64,000 nt of DNA from Octopus vulgaris (GCA_951406725.2 OX597824.1:58714001-58778000), one strand, 5' to 3'; numbered from the stretch's first letter, positions 23,262 through 38,232 are shown. The notes: generated by a model not told the origin, from the letters alone. A program made the numbers and translations.

Positions 23262-25563
23262 TCTTGTACACAGACGAAAACATACACAGACTTGCACGCG
23301 CCTGTTACACATATTCCACATACCATATATTTCTGTTTGGGTCAGACCCACTTAGAAATTGGACAACACCCCATATAATGATGTTTGGAAAAGGGTGTGT
23401 GTAAGAAAGAACAACTCTTTTAACTATATTTAAAATGCCAAAATATAACACTTTCTTTATCAAAACCATTGTTTCTAAACGAAATGGGAGATTTTAGGCA
23501 TTTAAAAAATATTACAAATAAATAATTATTTATAGAATTGGGTACCAAATCAGTGAGGCAAGTTATCTAAAGAATCGAAACTACGACACAGTTTCAAGCT
23601 TTAGTCGTGTCTCATAATAAGACATGTTTGACGACTGTACAAATTCTAGCCATCGAAGTTTTACCAATTTTGTGAAATATTGTTTTCAAATTTTTGCACA
23701 AGGCCAGTAATTTTGATGAAGCGGATAAGTCAATTACATCGACCCCAGTTCCTAAGTCGTACTTCTTTTATCGACTCCAAAAGGATAAAAGGCAAAGTTG
23801 ACTTTGACGGAATTTGAACTCAGTATGCAAAGATGGATAAAATGCCGCTAAGCATTTTGCCAGATGTGCTAACTATTCTGTCAGCTCACCGTCCTAATTT
23901 TGTGAAATATTAAATGAAATTAAAGTATTTGGTAAGTAATGTATCGCTATAATTTCTCTCAACTTTTGCTCATAAGACTGAGTCCATGCAGGGGCACAGA
24001 CTTGAAGTGTCAATAATATCAACTAGAGTACTTCTTTCAGTCTGGTATTCTTTTTATTGATCTCAAACGAAGGTTTAAGTCTTATTGTTTTTGGTGAGAT
24101 GGGTTGTATTTCAACGCACCATTGTACACCGGAATACAGAAACAGGGTCTAGTTTTTTTCATTCGCATAATATACACTTTTTAAAAGAAAGTAAAAAATC
24201 TGAAAATCGGCTATAATAATGTAGCCTTCCAGTCTAATTGCTTTGAAGATATGATGTGGAGAACACAAATTGGAGAAAAAAGTTACAGAGTTTTAAAAAT
24301 CGAAGAATAAACTGGGTATTTTTAGCCAATAGCGAGACAGAAAATTTCTGCGTTTAGTGGAGCGATGTCAACTTTCTAAATAAACAGAAATACCTAACAA
24401 AATCAACACGTATCATCTAACTGTTTCTTTTGTCTCTTCATTGATTGTAGTTTTTTTTTTTATCGTTTTTTAAAATTTGTTATATTAATATATTTGTCTG
24501 CACGTGTTTACTCTATGCGTATTTCAATATTATGTATACCAGTCATGTATTTGTGTAGATCATTAATATATAAGTGCATGTGTGTGTGTATCTGTATATG
24601 TGTGAAGGGGACGCAGACTCCGAAACTCCAAAATTGAGTAACGCTTTCTTGCTTGGGTCTGTAAGCTACGATAAGAATAACACTGGTCAACAAAGAATTT
24701 GTCCCAAGGAAAAGGATACCTGTATCTAATATGTTTTTACACAGAGGATTCAAAAATAATGTCAGATTATCTGTATTACTTACAGTTTCATCCTTACTCC
24801 TAATTTAAATTTTTATGAATAGAATTAACCTAGAGAAATCATAAATCCAGCTGAGTCAATGAGTCCCAAAATATATGAAATGAAAAATATGTAAAAATAC
24901 TAACACACAGAAAAAGCACAGAGAAATACTAATACAGAGAAGCACGGAAAATATGTAATATACTAACACATAGAAAGGTTAAAACAAAACACGCAGGTGA
25001 AAAGAATCTCGTGGTGTGCAGCATCAAGTGAGAAACATCAACATAGACAACAGCGGCACAGACAACAGTGAACCACAACACAGCATGCGGTTGTCATGGT
25101 AACAAGATTCTAATGCCACGCTGTCTGTTGATCGGCAAAAATTACCCAAATTTCTCAACTTTAATTCTAAATAACAGCAGATTCGTTAATTTACGAGATA
25201 AAGTAATTGGTTGATCGTAATGAAAATTCAGGGTTGCATCAATGCACCAAAATTGAAAGCAATTTTGTAAAGTAAAGTTAAGTGGGGCTCATTTTGCGAA
25301 TGAGAAAGACTAAACCCCAGAAACATAGTCAAACGTGAACATATTTACTCTTTTTTCTAGTTTCAACCATTAGACTCAAACCATGCTGTAGCACCACTTC
25401 AAAGGGTTCTTGTCAGTCCCCGCTATTTATTTCGACATGGTACTTATTTTATCCATCTCTGACTATCAAACAATTAAATAACATTTCTGGTATAAAGAGA
25501 CACACTCAGAAATAGCAGTTATCAATGGGTATTGAAAATTATCAACACTATCGTCGTCACCAT

Positions 25564-25596
<33 letters not shown>

Positions 25597-27083
25597 CATG
25601 ATCATCATTCTCCCTATATCACTCTTAATCCTCTTCTTTGTCAAAAACATCATTTTATCATCATGATCATGTCGTCGTCATCATCGTTGTCAACATCATC
25701 ATCATCAATAACTGCATAATTATCAACATCATCATTAGCAACAACATCATTGACATCGGCATTATCATTAATCCTTGCAGAGAGAATCGACAAAAGTTGA
25801 ACAAGGCTAGAAAAAAATTCATAAAATAACATAAATTGAAATTAAAAGAAATTGTTTAGAAAACACAAACGCGAATAAATAAATAAATAAATAAATAAAT
25901 TGATAAACTGAAACGAAAATGGCGGTCATCCTTTTTCGTAGTGAAACCACTATGTTTGTGATTATTTTGATTGATTGTATACAGATGGTGGTATGTTGAG
26001 AAAAAGCATTGGTAGGAGGGGTAGTAATAGACATCGATTGTTATTGTGTCTGTTTGAATGAATAGAAATGACTTACAGGACAACGGAGGGGAAACACAAC
26101 TAGAAAGAAATAAAACAAATATATAGAGACACGTCTATAATTAAATTTGAGTAATTATTGGTAGAGAGACGCATGACAGGGAGTGAAGATTATGTCGTGA
26201 TGTATCTAGGGGGAAGTAACCATGTGAATCCCATCCTTTACTAAACTACGTCTGTGCAATCATTCTGACTTGGTACTCAATTTTGAAGAAGCATTTTTCT
26301 AACATTTGTTAATATCTCTGTTATTAAGAATCACCAACAAAACCTGTGTGTGGTGGCTTGACCAAATAGAAACTGCAGTTGAATCATCCCTGCAAAGGAC
26401 ACATTTGATAATTTAGTTCTAGATACACAATGAGCGAAAACGAGGTGAGGTGTGGTTATGCCTTCAGCCATAGGTCTATTCAGCCTAATCGAAGTTAAAC
26501 AAGAACACCAAAATAATAATAACTGCAGTGTTATTAAACAGTACCGTTATTCAGTAATGTTGCTTAGTGTTGCAATACAGACTTAAATATGTACCTCAAA
26601 CATACTACATTTAATATTTCATCCAACAACAAGAACAAAAACTATAATGATTAAAATCAGAAACAGCAACAAATTTTGCAATCTCAAATAAATATTGTAA
26701 AGTCATGGATTATAAATCCAGCGCTGAAGAGGATTGACTACTTCATGGTTGTTATTTACGGCTAAATGGAATGTGCCAAACCATAGAAGTAATGTGTAAA
26801 CTGGTGGGGGAAGGTTTATCACTGAAGAAGCCAGAGATATTGGATATATTTTAACCTCCCTCCAGACTAGATCCACCTAAACATTTCAATGCAGTCCTCA
26901 GATGTAATGAAACGTTCTTGTACCACGCAGTACTTCAGCTGCTTGCAATGCTAAGTTATTACACTTCACTCCATCGGATTACGACCGTCAATATTGAGCT
27001 AAAGTCAGGATCTAATGTCTTGGCTGTTAACAAAAACAGGTGACAATATTTGAACCAGCAATATTTCTATTGATTGTGTCTCT

Positions 27084-27155
<72 letters not shown>

Positions 27156-27354
27156 TTTGCCTCTTTTTGCGTTTCTATTTTCATTTTTTCCTTTTTCTGA
27201 ATTTCTTCCCCCTTTTCCTATATCTCATGTCTTTGTAAATCTAGTGTGTTTATTTTAATTGCCTATCAATGTATACAGGGCTTTTCTCTGCCCTAGGTGT
27301 CAGGAAGGCACTCGGCAAGAAATGGAAACAAAATTGAAAGAAAATGATAATGAA

Positions 27355-27424
<70 letters not shown>

Positions 27425-28300
27425 TTTTGTTTGTTAACCTCTGAAGGCTTACAAAAACACTGGGAACGGTTTAGGGTGATACAATAAGGGATTACATAAG
27501 GGAACGTGCAAAAAAGAACAGTAGTAAACATACATTTCAACAATGAATGCTTTCTTAAACGAGATAGGCTTCTTGGGGGGATACCACTCGTGGAAACACC
27601 ACAAAACACGTTTTTCTGTCCACTAACGTAAGCGCCATTCACTCGAACCATGCTCGCTACTCTCATCTAACTTATCAACAAATTTGCTGTGAGGTCGAAC
27701 CTCCCTCTCTACTCTCACTTTCCTTTTCAAATGAAACTTGAAAAAGTTGATGAGTACTTGGCTAATGACGAAAGTGTCTGTCATCAGCTCTTTCAAATCT
27801 GGCTCACCACACCCCATGTTTCGTTAAGGTAACCAAATAGAGAAATACTACCTGTCCTTCTCAGGCCAATGAAGGAAGTGGGATGATCTTCACAAAGGGC
27901 TTAGTTGATAGCCGGATCCGTTTTACACGTGACAGCATGTGTTTGAAATGACTCCATAGGTCAGCACTACTCGGGCTCTGGACGAGTGTGTGGAGAACAG
28001 GAATTTAATGCCTATAGAGTTTATCTTGAACGGGCAATTCCTGGGAATTATTCGTGCGCTTTGGCCAGAAAGTCCTCGGGAACAGACCACGCAGTTGATT
28101 CTCGTCGACGTCCATTGTCTCCCCGAGAACGTCATCGCTTTTGTAAGCCACTAGCTTACTATAGGCTGTCATGGTCTATCATCCACTGAGCGCACTACCC
28201 GACTGACAGAAGGTTGTGAGTGCTTAATGATGCTCTAGATACTAAGCACCAAGTCTTGGTTTTTACTTGATCAAGCCAAGTGCAATTATGCAGCCAGTTC
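27425..28300 (-). mobile_element. degenerate L1/Tx1-clade LINE, 3' end of ORF2
   Basis: Minus frames ELPVQDKLYRH, VLHTLVQSPSSADLWS, LINFFKFHLKRKVRVERE; 3' end abuts an (ATT)n run; 5' boundary uncertain. Confidence 0.6.
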
Positions 28301-29147
28301 TTAGCGAGACATTGTTAAACAGTGAGAAAAAGGAGAGAGCTACTTATACTTTTGTTGGGGAAAACGACTGGTGTTCCGCCCCTTATAAAGTCTTTTCTTG
28401 TCCCCTCTGAACTTTCCTACGCCATCGAGGTGTTTTTTCTTTTACGGTGTTGGATATTTTGTGTTTGGATGGTTGTATATGTGTTGGTGTGGTATTTGTT
28501 TGTGTAACGAAGTTGCTCTGGTTGATGTCTGCATATTCGGGTATGCGTTCCGTTAGTCATTTGTCGTTCGTGTTTATAGCACTGAAGTTTATGTTCCTTT
28601 GCTGCTTTTAGTTTGTAAGCATGAGGGGATTTGTTGCTGGTTGTGCCTGTGGTCATAGTGGTTGTGATGGTGTTAGTATCAGTTATTCCTGGATGATTCT
28701 CTATATTTACTTCAGAGCAGACTTTTTTGTTTTTGATTGTATATTGTTTTAGTGACAATCGAGAGATAGTAACCTGATGATATATTTGCGACGTTTCAAA
28801 TCAGAGATGTAATGAATTCCATAGGGAAGTGACATAATCAACATTTTCGATTGCATGCTGGGGTCTCGAAGGATTCACTGTCACTTTTGTTTATTAGATA
28901 TTTTGTGGTACACTGTTGCTCTTGGATTGTAAACACTGTTGCTATTGGATTGTAAACAAAAACCCTTCGAAATGTGATGTGATATAGCGATCGTGCATCC
29001 CAAAAGGGCTGCAGTTCGTGTTGATATATATGTGCATGTATGTATGTATGTATATATGTATCTATCTATCTATTTCATTAACTATCTTTAACTATCTACA
29101 TGTCTATCTGTCTCTCTCTGTCTATCTATCCATCTATCTATCTATCC

Positions 29148-29218
<71 letters not shown>

Positions 29219-29320
29219 AGTCTGTCTGTCTGTCTGTCAGAATTGTATGTATGTATGCCTATATATCTATCAATCTATCGATCCATCTGTCTATCTATTT
29301 ATCATCTATCTACCTGTATA

Positions 29321-30808
29321 TGAGACTCAGTCTCAACTCATGGCTCGCCACTTCATCCTATGTGGATATTCTCTCACCACTATCCACACTGCCCTTGACA
29401 GAGCACGTTCCGTGGACCGTGCATCTGCTCTCCCCTACGCACTCGCCCTGCCGTCTCCCGTCTCCCGTTTCCCTTAACATACGACCCCACCACCCTACCT
29501 CTACAACGCACCATTCTCTGAGCCTTCCAGAGACTCTAATCCGACCCCTCCATTTCGCAAATATTCCCTAACCGACCCCTCACTTCCTTCAAACGAGCCC
29601 ACAACGTACGAGACCTCTTGGTCCACAGCTTCTTCCCTAACCCAACCTCCCAACCCAGCTCGTTCCCCTGCTCCCGCCCTCACTGCCGCACTTGCCCTTA
29701 CCTCTCCAACACCACTCCCCTCACCGGCACCCATCATTGACCCTATCACATCACCGACTCCTATACCGGCATTTCTAACGATGTCATTTACTGTATCTCC
29801 TGCTCTCTCTGCCCCTCTCTATACATCGGGCAAACGGGACACCGCTTGGCTGACTGGTTCGCAGAACATCTCCGAGACATTCGACTCGGCAATGGCACCC
29901 TGGTCTCACTCCATTTCCGCTCTGCCGGTCACTCTTTGCAACACCTGTCTGTGTTCGGATTGTTCTTGCACAGGATCCATCCGGACTCCCGTTTGCACCG
30001 TGAACTGGGATTAATCTTCTCTCTTCGCTCCTTCGCACTATATGGGATCAACTCCCCTCTTAATCTAACCTCCTCCCCTCTCCTCTCTCCCCTCACACCT
30101 ACTTCCTCCCACCCACCTCTTCTCTCTTGCTCCGACTCCTACTTCTCGTTACTCCTACCCACCTTCTCCCTTCCTCCTCCATCATCACTCCTCCCTCGTA
30201 ACCCTACATCCACCCCTACACAATCCAACGCCACCTTCCCTATCCATCCCACCCCACCCCATCTCTTAGACCCACTCCCACAAATCCCACCTCTACCCCA
30301 AACCTCAGCCTAACCCACACCCCACCCTTGCTTTCCCCACTTTCGCCTACCCGCCTCCCAACACCACACCACGCACCACTACACCATACACCACCATTCC
30401 TCACAACACCACATCACATCACACCACTACGCACACACTAGCACTGACCACTTCCCAACCCCATATCTACAGACCTACACATACACATACACACAGGTCA
30501 AGGTCACCAGCCCTCTTCCCCACGTACATACATACTCTCTTATACACACGCACGCGCACCTTGGTTTTGGGATCACCACTACTTTATTATCTCCTCTTCT
30601 TCCTAGATCTCCTGTGTGATCCCTCTGTCCATAATTCGCCAAGATAGATCGCTAGCCACTACACATGCTTTATTTTCCCCTTGTTTCTCTGTTTCATCCT
30701 GTGGGAAAGCGTAGGCTCGAAACGTTAAAGACTTCTTCACTTCCCGAGCATTAAACTAATACATCTGTTTGTTGTCTCTGTCTTTGTCTTTTTTTAATGG
30801 ATTCTCCC
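29321..30808 (+). mobile_element. Penelope-like retroelement (Neptune-like), second 5'-truncated copy
   Basis: Homologous to 10545-12196; CSRPHCRTC, VIYCISCSLCPSLYIGQTG...FAEHLRDIR; ends at (TA)n. Confidence 0.93.
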
Positions 30809-31179
30809 TATATATATGTGTGTGTCTGTGCGTGTGTGTGTATGTGTGTGTATGTGTGTGTCTGTGTGTGTGTGTGAGTGTGTGTGTGTATAAACCGGAA
30901 AATGTGTGTCTGCCTGTCTGTGTGCATCATTAAAACTAGAGAACTACCCTATCGATTTCATTCAAATTTTACATATGTCATACTTGGTGTCCAAGCAGTC
31001 TCATGAGCCAAAACAATTTCAACTTCTTGCATAATGCGAGCCCGGAGAAACATCTTATGTCTTATACTATTTCAGTAGGACATGTCAAAAGTAAAACAAT
31101 AACATCTTCATTGTAATGTGAGATAATATTTTCACAATGAATACAGAAACTATTAAGAGTGAAAATATTATCTCCAAGC

Positions 31180-31743
31180 ATGCATACATATGTATATATT
31201 ATGTATATACATATGTACATATATATATATCTGTGTGTGTAGATATACATCTAAACATATATATACATGTATATATGTATATACCTATATGTATATACCT
31301 ATATGTATATATACATATATATATTCCTGTTTATATATATATATATATTCATGTATATATATAAATTTATGTGTATGTATATACATATATATATGTGTGT
31401 GTGTGTGTGTGGATGCATGTGTATATATATGCGTATATATATGTATATATATGTATATATATAGATGTATGTATAGACTTATATAGATATATATATGCAT
31501 ACATATAGATTTACATGCATATATATATATATATATATCTGTATATATATACGAATATATATGTATATATGCATGTGTATACGTATATATATGTATACAC
31601 ACTTATATATATACATATATATGTATATATTTATGCATATCTATGTATATTTGTATGTATATACGTATATATATATATATATATATATATAAATGTGTAC
31701 ATATATATATATGTATATATTTATGTATGTATATATATACATG

Positions 31744-31808
<65 letters not shown>

Positions 31809-31821
31809 TTATCAGTATGCT

Positions 31822-31869
<48 letters not shown>

Positions 31870-31870
31870 A
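31180..31870. repeat. degenerate (TA)n/(TATG)n low-complexity tract
   Basis: Direct reading. Confidence 0.95.
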
Positions 31871-32351
31871 TATAATTGATATAGGATAAATTTTTTTCGT
31901 GAAAAAAATTTTATCAATGGCCATCATATCAAAAAATGCCTTTAAAGGTAAAATTTATACATAATTTACAAGATAAGGGCAGAAGAAAAACTCTAATGCC
32001 AGATACGCCGAAACAAAAAATTGTCGATAACCATTAAATTTAAGCGTCTCGAAACAAAACGATAGAAATCTCTAAAAACTTCGTTTTTACCGTATTGGTC
32101 CAATTTCGGGGTTAATTCACAAGAAAGTTTCCCCTCTTCAGCGGCAAGTACGCGAGATATAAATGAAATACTTACTCATACCCATGGAAGAAGCAAACAC
32201 CAAGTCCCGAGCTACTTAAGTACCCCAAATATATCCAAAATAGAAAAATCGTCGGCGCACCTCGAGACACGTGTGATTCGAACTAGAAGCTTTCACAGAG
32301 TGATGGAATCCGGAAGTGAACACTAATCTATTTATAATTGATATAGGATAA
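31871..32351 (-). mobile_element. ~461-bp terminally redundant non-coding unit with hammerhead (retrozyme/pLTR-like)
   Basis: tataattgatataggataaa at 31871 and 32332. Confidence 0.65.
32089..32145 (-). ncRNA. type I hammerhead ribozyme
   Basis: GCCG-CTGAAGA-GGGG(19)CCCC-GAA-ATTGG-A-CCAAT-A^CGGT; intact core. Confidence 0.85.
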
Positions 32352-32384
32352 AAAATTTCTTTTCACATATGATCAGGTAAAAGT

Positions 32385-33350
32385 AATTAATATTCCTTAA
32401 AATGACAGATTTATCGATCTTTCTAAGAGGTTAAATTGTTATTTCTCGTATGGGAGGCGTAACAGCCGAAATATTAAGAGAATCAAGAAGTACTGTCTCG
32501 AAAGTAATTAATAAGTCTTTGAGAAAGAGGGAAAATCCTCCTCGTCGAAACAAAACCCCGGTAGAAATCCAAAACTTTAAGATAGTAACCGTCGGACCCT
32601 TACGCGAATTGTTACAGACAATCACAAAAGTACAGCTCCCAAAATTACTGCAGAGCTTAATGACCACCTTGAGAACCCAGCTTCCACAGAAACTGTTCTC
32701 CGGGAGCTGCACAAAGCCAGATTCCACGGAAGGGCTGCAATCAGAAAGCCACTGCAAAGCATTTAGAGTGGAGTATAAACCTACAGAATTGGTCCCCAAA
32801 GCAATGAAAGAATGTTATTTTCTCGGACGAGTCATACTTTGCCTTATTTCCTACCACCGGCCGTGTATACGTGTGGAGCCAGCCAAAAGAGGCATTTGAC
32901 CCGGACTGCCTTCTTACAACTGTTAAACACAGAGGGTTCTGTGATGATTTGTTGGGGTCTAAATCTTGGAAATCTGTCGGCCCAATGGTTTCCCTTCATG
33001 CCAGAATTAATAGCCAAGACTATTTAAGCATTTTTATCTGATCAAATTCATCCTATGTTTGCGGAATTGTGTCTGGGAGAAAAGGCACTCTTTCAGGATG
33101 ACAATGCACCGATTCATGCAGCCAAAATTGTTACTGAATGGCACGAGGAACATTCTAGTGAAGTTGAACATCTTATCTGGCAACCACAGTCCCCTAGATC
33201 TCAATATTATTGAACATTTATGGTGCATTTTAGAAAAACAAGAAAGGAGTCGATATCTCCCACCATCATCTCTACAAGAACTCGAGACAGTTTAAGCTGA
33301 AGAATGGACAATTTTCCTTTGTAAACAATTTAAACTTTGAACAAGTCTAT
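32385..33350 (+). pseudogene. Tc1-like DD34E transposase remnant
   Basis: HGRAAIRKPL, FSDES, FQDDNAPIHAAK, DLNIIEHLW; multiple frameshifts. Confidence 0.9.
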
Positions 33351-33724
33351 ACCTATATTGTATCTATATACCTATATATGTATATATACATATGACCACC
33401 TTCAGAAACTGTTCGCCGGGGGCTGCAGACAGCCGGATTCGCTATGAGCACCGAGATAGGTAAAGATATTTGAGAAATTTGAAAAGAAAATACGAAACCG
33501 GTTATTTATCCAAAAACAATGTTACTATACGCAAACTTTTATAACAGTTTTCTAGCATAGCGATTTAAATATATGCTTTAACCATATGATACAAGCTTTC
33601 TGTATTTTTATATATGCAACCACGTGCTTTCACATACCAACCCTTTCACCTATATATGTATATATATTTATATATGTATCTATCTATATATATATATATA
33701 TATACATATGTATGTATGCAATTA

Positions 33725-33761
<37 letters not shown>

Positions 33762-33915
33762 TATGTATGTATGTATGTGTGTCTGTCTGTGTTTGTAACC
33801 CCATCGCTTGACAACCGATGTTGCTGTGTTTACGTCCCCGGAACTTAGCTGTTTGGCAAAACAATCCAATAGAGTCAGTACAAAGCTTTCAATCCCGAGC
33901 AACGCCGGGTATCTT

Positions 33916-33958
<43 letters not shown>

Positions 33959-33971
33959 TACATATATATAT

Positions 33972-34395
33972 ATTGAAATTTACAGAAAAAAAACAGAAGA
34001 CGAAGACAAGTGTATGAACAACAAGCAGTTGTATTAGTTTGTCGCTCGGGAGAGTGAGAAAGTCTTTTACGTTTGTAGCCTACGCTCTTCAACTGAGAGG
34101 AATACGAGGAGAATAAACAGAGAAAATGAAAAAAAAAAAAAGAAACTTGAGGATTCAGCGATGAAGCTTGGCGACTGGTTGGGAAAAAAGAGTTTGATGG
34201 GAGAGGTTGGAAGAAGGGGAGACAATAAAGTATTGGTGATCCCAAAACGAAGGTGCGCGTGCGTTGTCTGTACATAAGAATGTGTAAGCGTGTGTGAATA
34301 TGGGCTAGTAACTTTCACGTGTGTGGATGATGGTGTGTGGCGTGGGTGCTGGAATGTGGTCAGTGCTAGTGTATGTGGAGTGGTTTGGTGGTGAG
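33972..34395 (-). mobile_element. 3' tail/pLTR of the Neptune-like PLE family
   Basis: Reverse complement matches ~11800-12196 and ~30400-30808. Confidence 0.8.
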
Positions 34396-34480
34396 GTGCT
34401 GTTTATATATACATATATTTACATATAGATATGTATATATATGTATATATATATATATATACATACATACACACACACAA

Positions 34481-34521
<41 letters not shown>

Positions 34522-34659
34522 GATAGATAGAATTATAGATAGAAAGATAGATAGATAGATAAATAGATCAAAGGTTAGAGAAGGGGTGAAATAAACAAAA
34601 AGTGGGCGAAAACATAACGAACAGAAAAAGGGGATAAAAACGATAAAAAGAACCTCCGC

Positions 34660-34740
34660 AGCTGATTCTCTCATCAGTTGGTTTCCGAGACGTCTTAGTG
34701 GTTTCACGTTATGTAAAACCAAGATCACCGATATCATCGG
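34660..34740 (-). ncRNA. putative non-circularly permuted hammerhead ribozyme (within repeat ~34570-35260)
   Basis: GTGAT-C^TTGGTTT ... GAA-ACCAC ... AAACCAA-CTGATGA-GAGAA; 7-bp stem I; stem II unresolved. Confidence 0.6.
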
Positions 34741-35479
34741 GAGCGCCAGAGCATAGAGCTACAGGAAAAAGCTGACGAACGTGTGTGAGGACAGGACAAA
34801 TAATATTGCGTATGCAATAAGAAATAATAACAAGATATAACACACGAGAAATATGCAATAGAAAACGCCTTACTGCGGTACAATAGGCTGGTGGGGTAAT
34901 TATACGTATACAGTAATAAAACAATACAATACAAAGAGACAAAGCCTTCTCGGCGATCAAGACAGACGTAGTGAGGTAGCGCAATGAAACCGAAAAAGTC
35001 CTTGACGGACAGAACACAAAACATATCAAGTTTGGTCAACAGTAGGGTGGAAAAAAAACGACGCGCTTTACCTGGACAACAGTTACGTGGTAGGAGATGG
35101 GAAGAGTGTGGGGTGGGGGACTAAGGAATGAGACAGAGAAAGAGAGAGGCAGAAGAGAGAAGGAAGGGAGAGAACAGGGCTCAAGGGAGGCAATTAAGGA
35201 GGGGAGGGAAAGATAAATGAGAGAGAAGAGGAAGAGAAGGAAGAGAGGTAGAAAGATAGATAGATAAATAGATAAATACAAACGCACACACACACAAACA
35301 TTATATACCGGTGAGAGGACAAATGAAAGACGGCGACACTGAATACAATTGGAAAGAGCTATATTTATGATTCAATAAAAGTTTGATTCAGCACAATGCA
35401 ACATAATGTTTCGTGGGCTCGTTAAAACAGACCTAGCTCTTCAACTTAGGTAACGAATTCGGTTATATCATATTATATG

Positions 35480-35524
<45 letters not shown>

Positions 35525-35716
35525 GTATATATGTCTGTGCGTATGTTTGTGTATGTATATGTATTTATGCACGTGTGTGTGTTTGTGTGCATAATTCCTG
35601 TCAAATATAATACACATACATATATGCATACATAATGTACGTGTATTTGTGTATGTATGTGCATGCATCTTTGTATGTATGTATGCACACATACACACAC
35701 ACACACACAGACACAC

Positions 35717-35797
<81 letters not shown>

Positions 35798-36401
35798 AAG
35801 AAATTGAAGTAATCTTCTAATCTTCTGTCTCATTACATAGTTGATATCAGACTCACTTTCTTCTTTCTTTCTTTTCCTCATACATTCCTTTCATTCTTTC
35901 TCTATTTTTATCTTTCTTTTATTCTTTCCTTTTTCTTTTTCTGCTCCGTTCTTCATCTGCCTGTCTGTTTTTATTTAATACGCTTTTTCTTTCTTCCTAT
36001 TCTTTAATTTTCTTCATCTCTTTCTTTCTTTCTTATCCCCCCCCTCTTTATCTCTCTCTCTCTTATTCTTTTCATTTCTATTTATCTATACTCCTATCTA
36101 CATTTTCGTATATCTTTGCTTGCTTCCTTCTTTCCCCACCCCAATCTCATATTTGTTTGTCTGTCTCTCTGTCCTTTCCCTCATTCAGTCTGGTTTATTA
36201 CTAGTTATATATCTAAGTCGGTGAAATTGGTTTTCCTTTAGCACGCCATCTTGCAATCACTAACGGATTCTATTTAATTTTTTTTTATTTCCACCCCGAA
36301 CTGTTCTTAGGTGTCGTTTGTCGTGAAAGGAAATATTAAATTTTAGGAGGTAGCGAGAAAGATAGATACATAGACAGACAAACAGACTTGTGTGTGCGCG
36401 C

Positions 36402-36444
<43 letters not shown>

Positions 36445-36609
36445 TATATTTATTCATATACATATATATACATATATATATATGTGTAAACATATATCTA
36501 TCTATATATACATAGACAGGCACATACATGTACACTCACTCATCCATATACATACACACATACATGTACACGCACATATACATATGCATACATATATATA
36601 CACATATAA

Positions 36610-36694
<85 letters not shown>

Positions 36695-36990
36695 AGTGTG
36701 TGTGTGTGTGTGTGTGTAGAACCCGAACAATAAATAAATTGAAAGTAAGGAAAATAATAAAAATAATAGTATCAATAGGCAAGTCAAATCGCTGAACAGT
36801 AATTACTTCCTCCGAACAAGTTATCTGACATTGAACAGAGTTACAATTTAAGACTCTATATTTCAGGCGAACAAGTAATATAAAACAACATTAGCAGAAA
36901 AACGCAAATCGAACGAATAGTGAAGCCAATAAGAAAAAGAAAAGGGAGAGGCGCTTTAAGACATAAGCATGCAAGACAAATCATACATAC

Positions 36991-36992
<2 letters not shown>

Positions 36993-37086
<94 letters not shown>

Positions 37087-37151
37087 GGATGGATGGATGG
37101 ATGGATGGATGGATGGATGGATGGATCGATGGATAGATGGATGGATGGATG

Positions 37152-37214
<63 letters not shown>

Positions 37215-37269
37215 GATAGATGAATAGATGGATGGATGGAGTGGATTGATAGATAGATATATAGATAGG

Positions 37270-37346
<77 letters not shown>

Positions 37347-37359
37347 GGATAGATAGATT

Positions 37360-37450
<91 letters not shown>

Positions 37451-37482
37451 GTGTGTGTGTGTGTGTGTGTGTTTGTGTGTGT
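36993..37482. repeat. (CA)n-(GATA/GATG)n-(GT)n compound microsatellite
   Basis: Direct reading. Confidence 0.97.
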
Positions 37483-37799
37483 GTTCTATACAGTGTCCGG
37501 ACTCGAGTGTGTTCTTAATGTCAAGAATTTGTAAACATGCATGGACACATGCGGCACCATAAGCGGCGTATCGATATCTGAAGGGTAACTTCACTTTTCA
37601 TATACTACATAATATAAAAATATATGGAAATCATATAGGAAATCATATAGGAAATCTTAGAACATTAATATGCACATAATTCCTGTTTAAAATATTTTAT
37701 GAAGAAGCCCCTAATTATCTTACTTTACATTAAAAGTAGAATTTATGCAGTTTCTAGTCTGAAGGAACTATAGTATATGTGTGGTTCTTTCAACATACA

Positions 37800-37833
<34 letters not shown>

Positions 37834-37894
37834 CATATATACATACATACATACATACATACATACATACATACATACATACATACATACATAC

Positions 37895-38232
37895 AAAGAG
37901 GGCATCTACGGAACATTGATGAGGAGTTTGCAAATCCTGTACCCAAGATTCACTTTCAGCTTTACACCTATTATTATTGGATCAACAAGATATTCCAATC
38001 CGCCTGAAGCAAAAGTATGGCTGAACCTGGGGTCTTGGAGAGAGAATATAAATCCTTAACACATTTGCAACATATGATCACGATATATGGGACTATAAAA
38101 GTCATCAAGACCTTAAAAGTTAAAGGATGATGATTAAAAAGGAGTTACTTCCCTTCACAACCTTGCTACCAAGTAGGTGGCTAATCGAAATTAACTCTCA
38201 GATTTAAAGAGAAAGAGAACATGCATACATAA
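37895..38232 (+). mobile_element. 3' fragment of an R4/Dong-like (REL-endonuclease) non-LTR element
   Basis: KEGIYGTLMRSLQILYPRFTFSFTPIIIGS and later GTIKVIKT resemble REL C-termini; bounded by (ACAT)n. Confidence 0.55.

Noticed and set aside
25525-25719. polyH/polyQ ORF
   Set aside because: (CAT)n/(CAG)n simple repeat, no domain
26721-26930. Two CTGAAGA motifs with hairpins
   Set aside because: No matching GAAA-stem III-NUH could be completed in either topology
28340-28990. Possible decayed GIY-YIG (FTIQEQQCTTKYLI) on the minus strand
   Set aside because: Too degenerate to call
35400-35450. TTGAAGA...GAAAC hammerhead-like motif on the minus strand
   Set aside because: Stems I and II pair poorly
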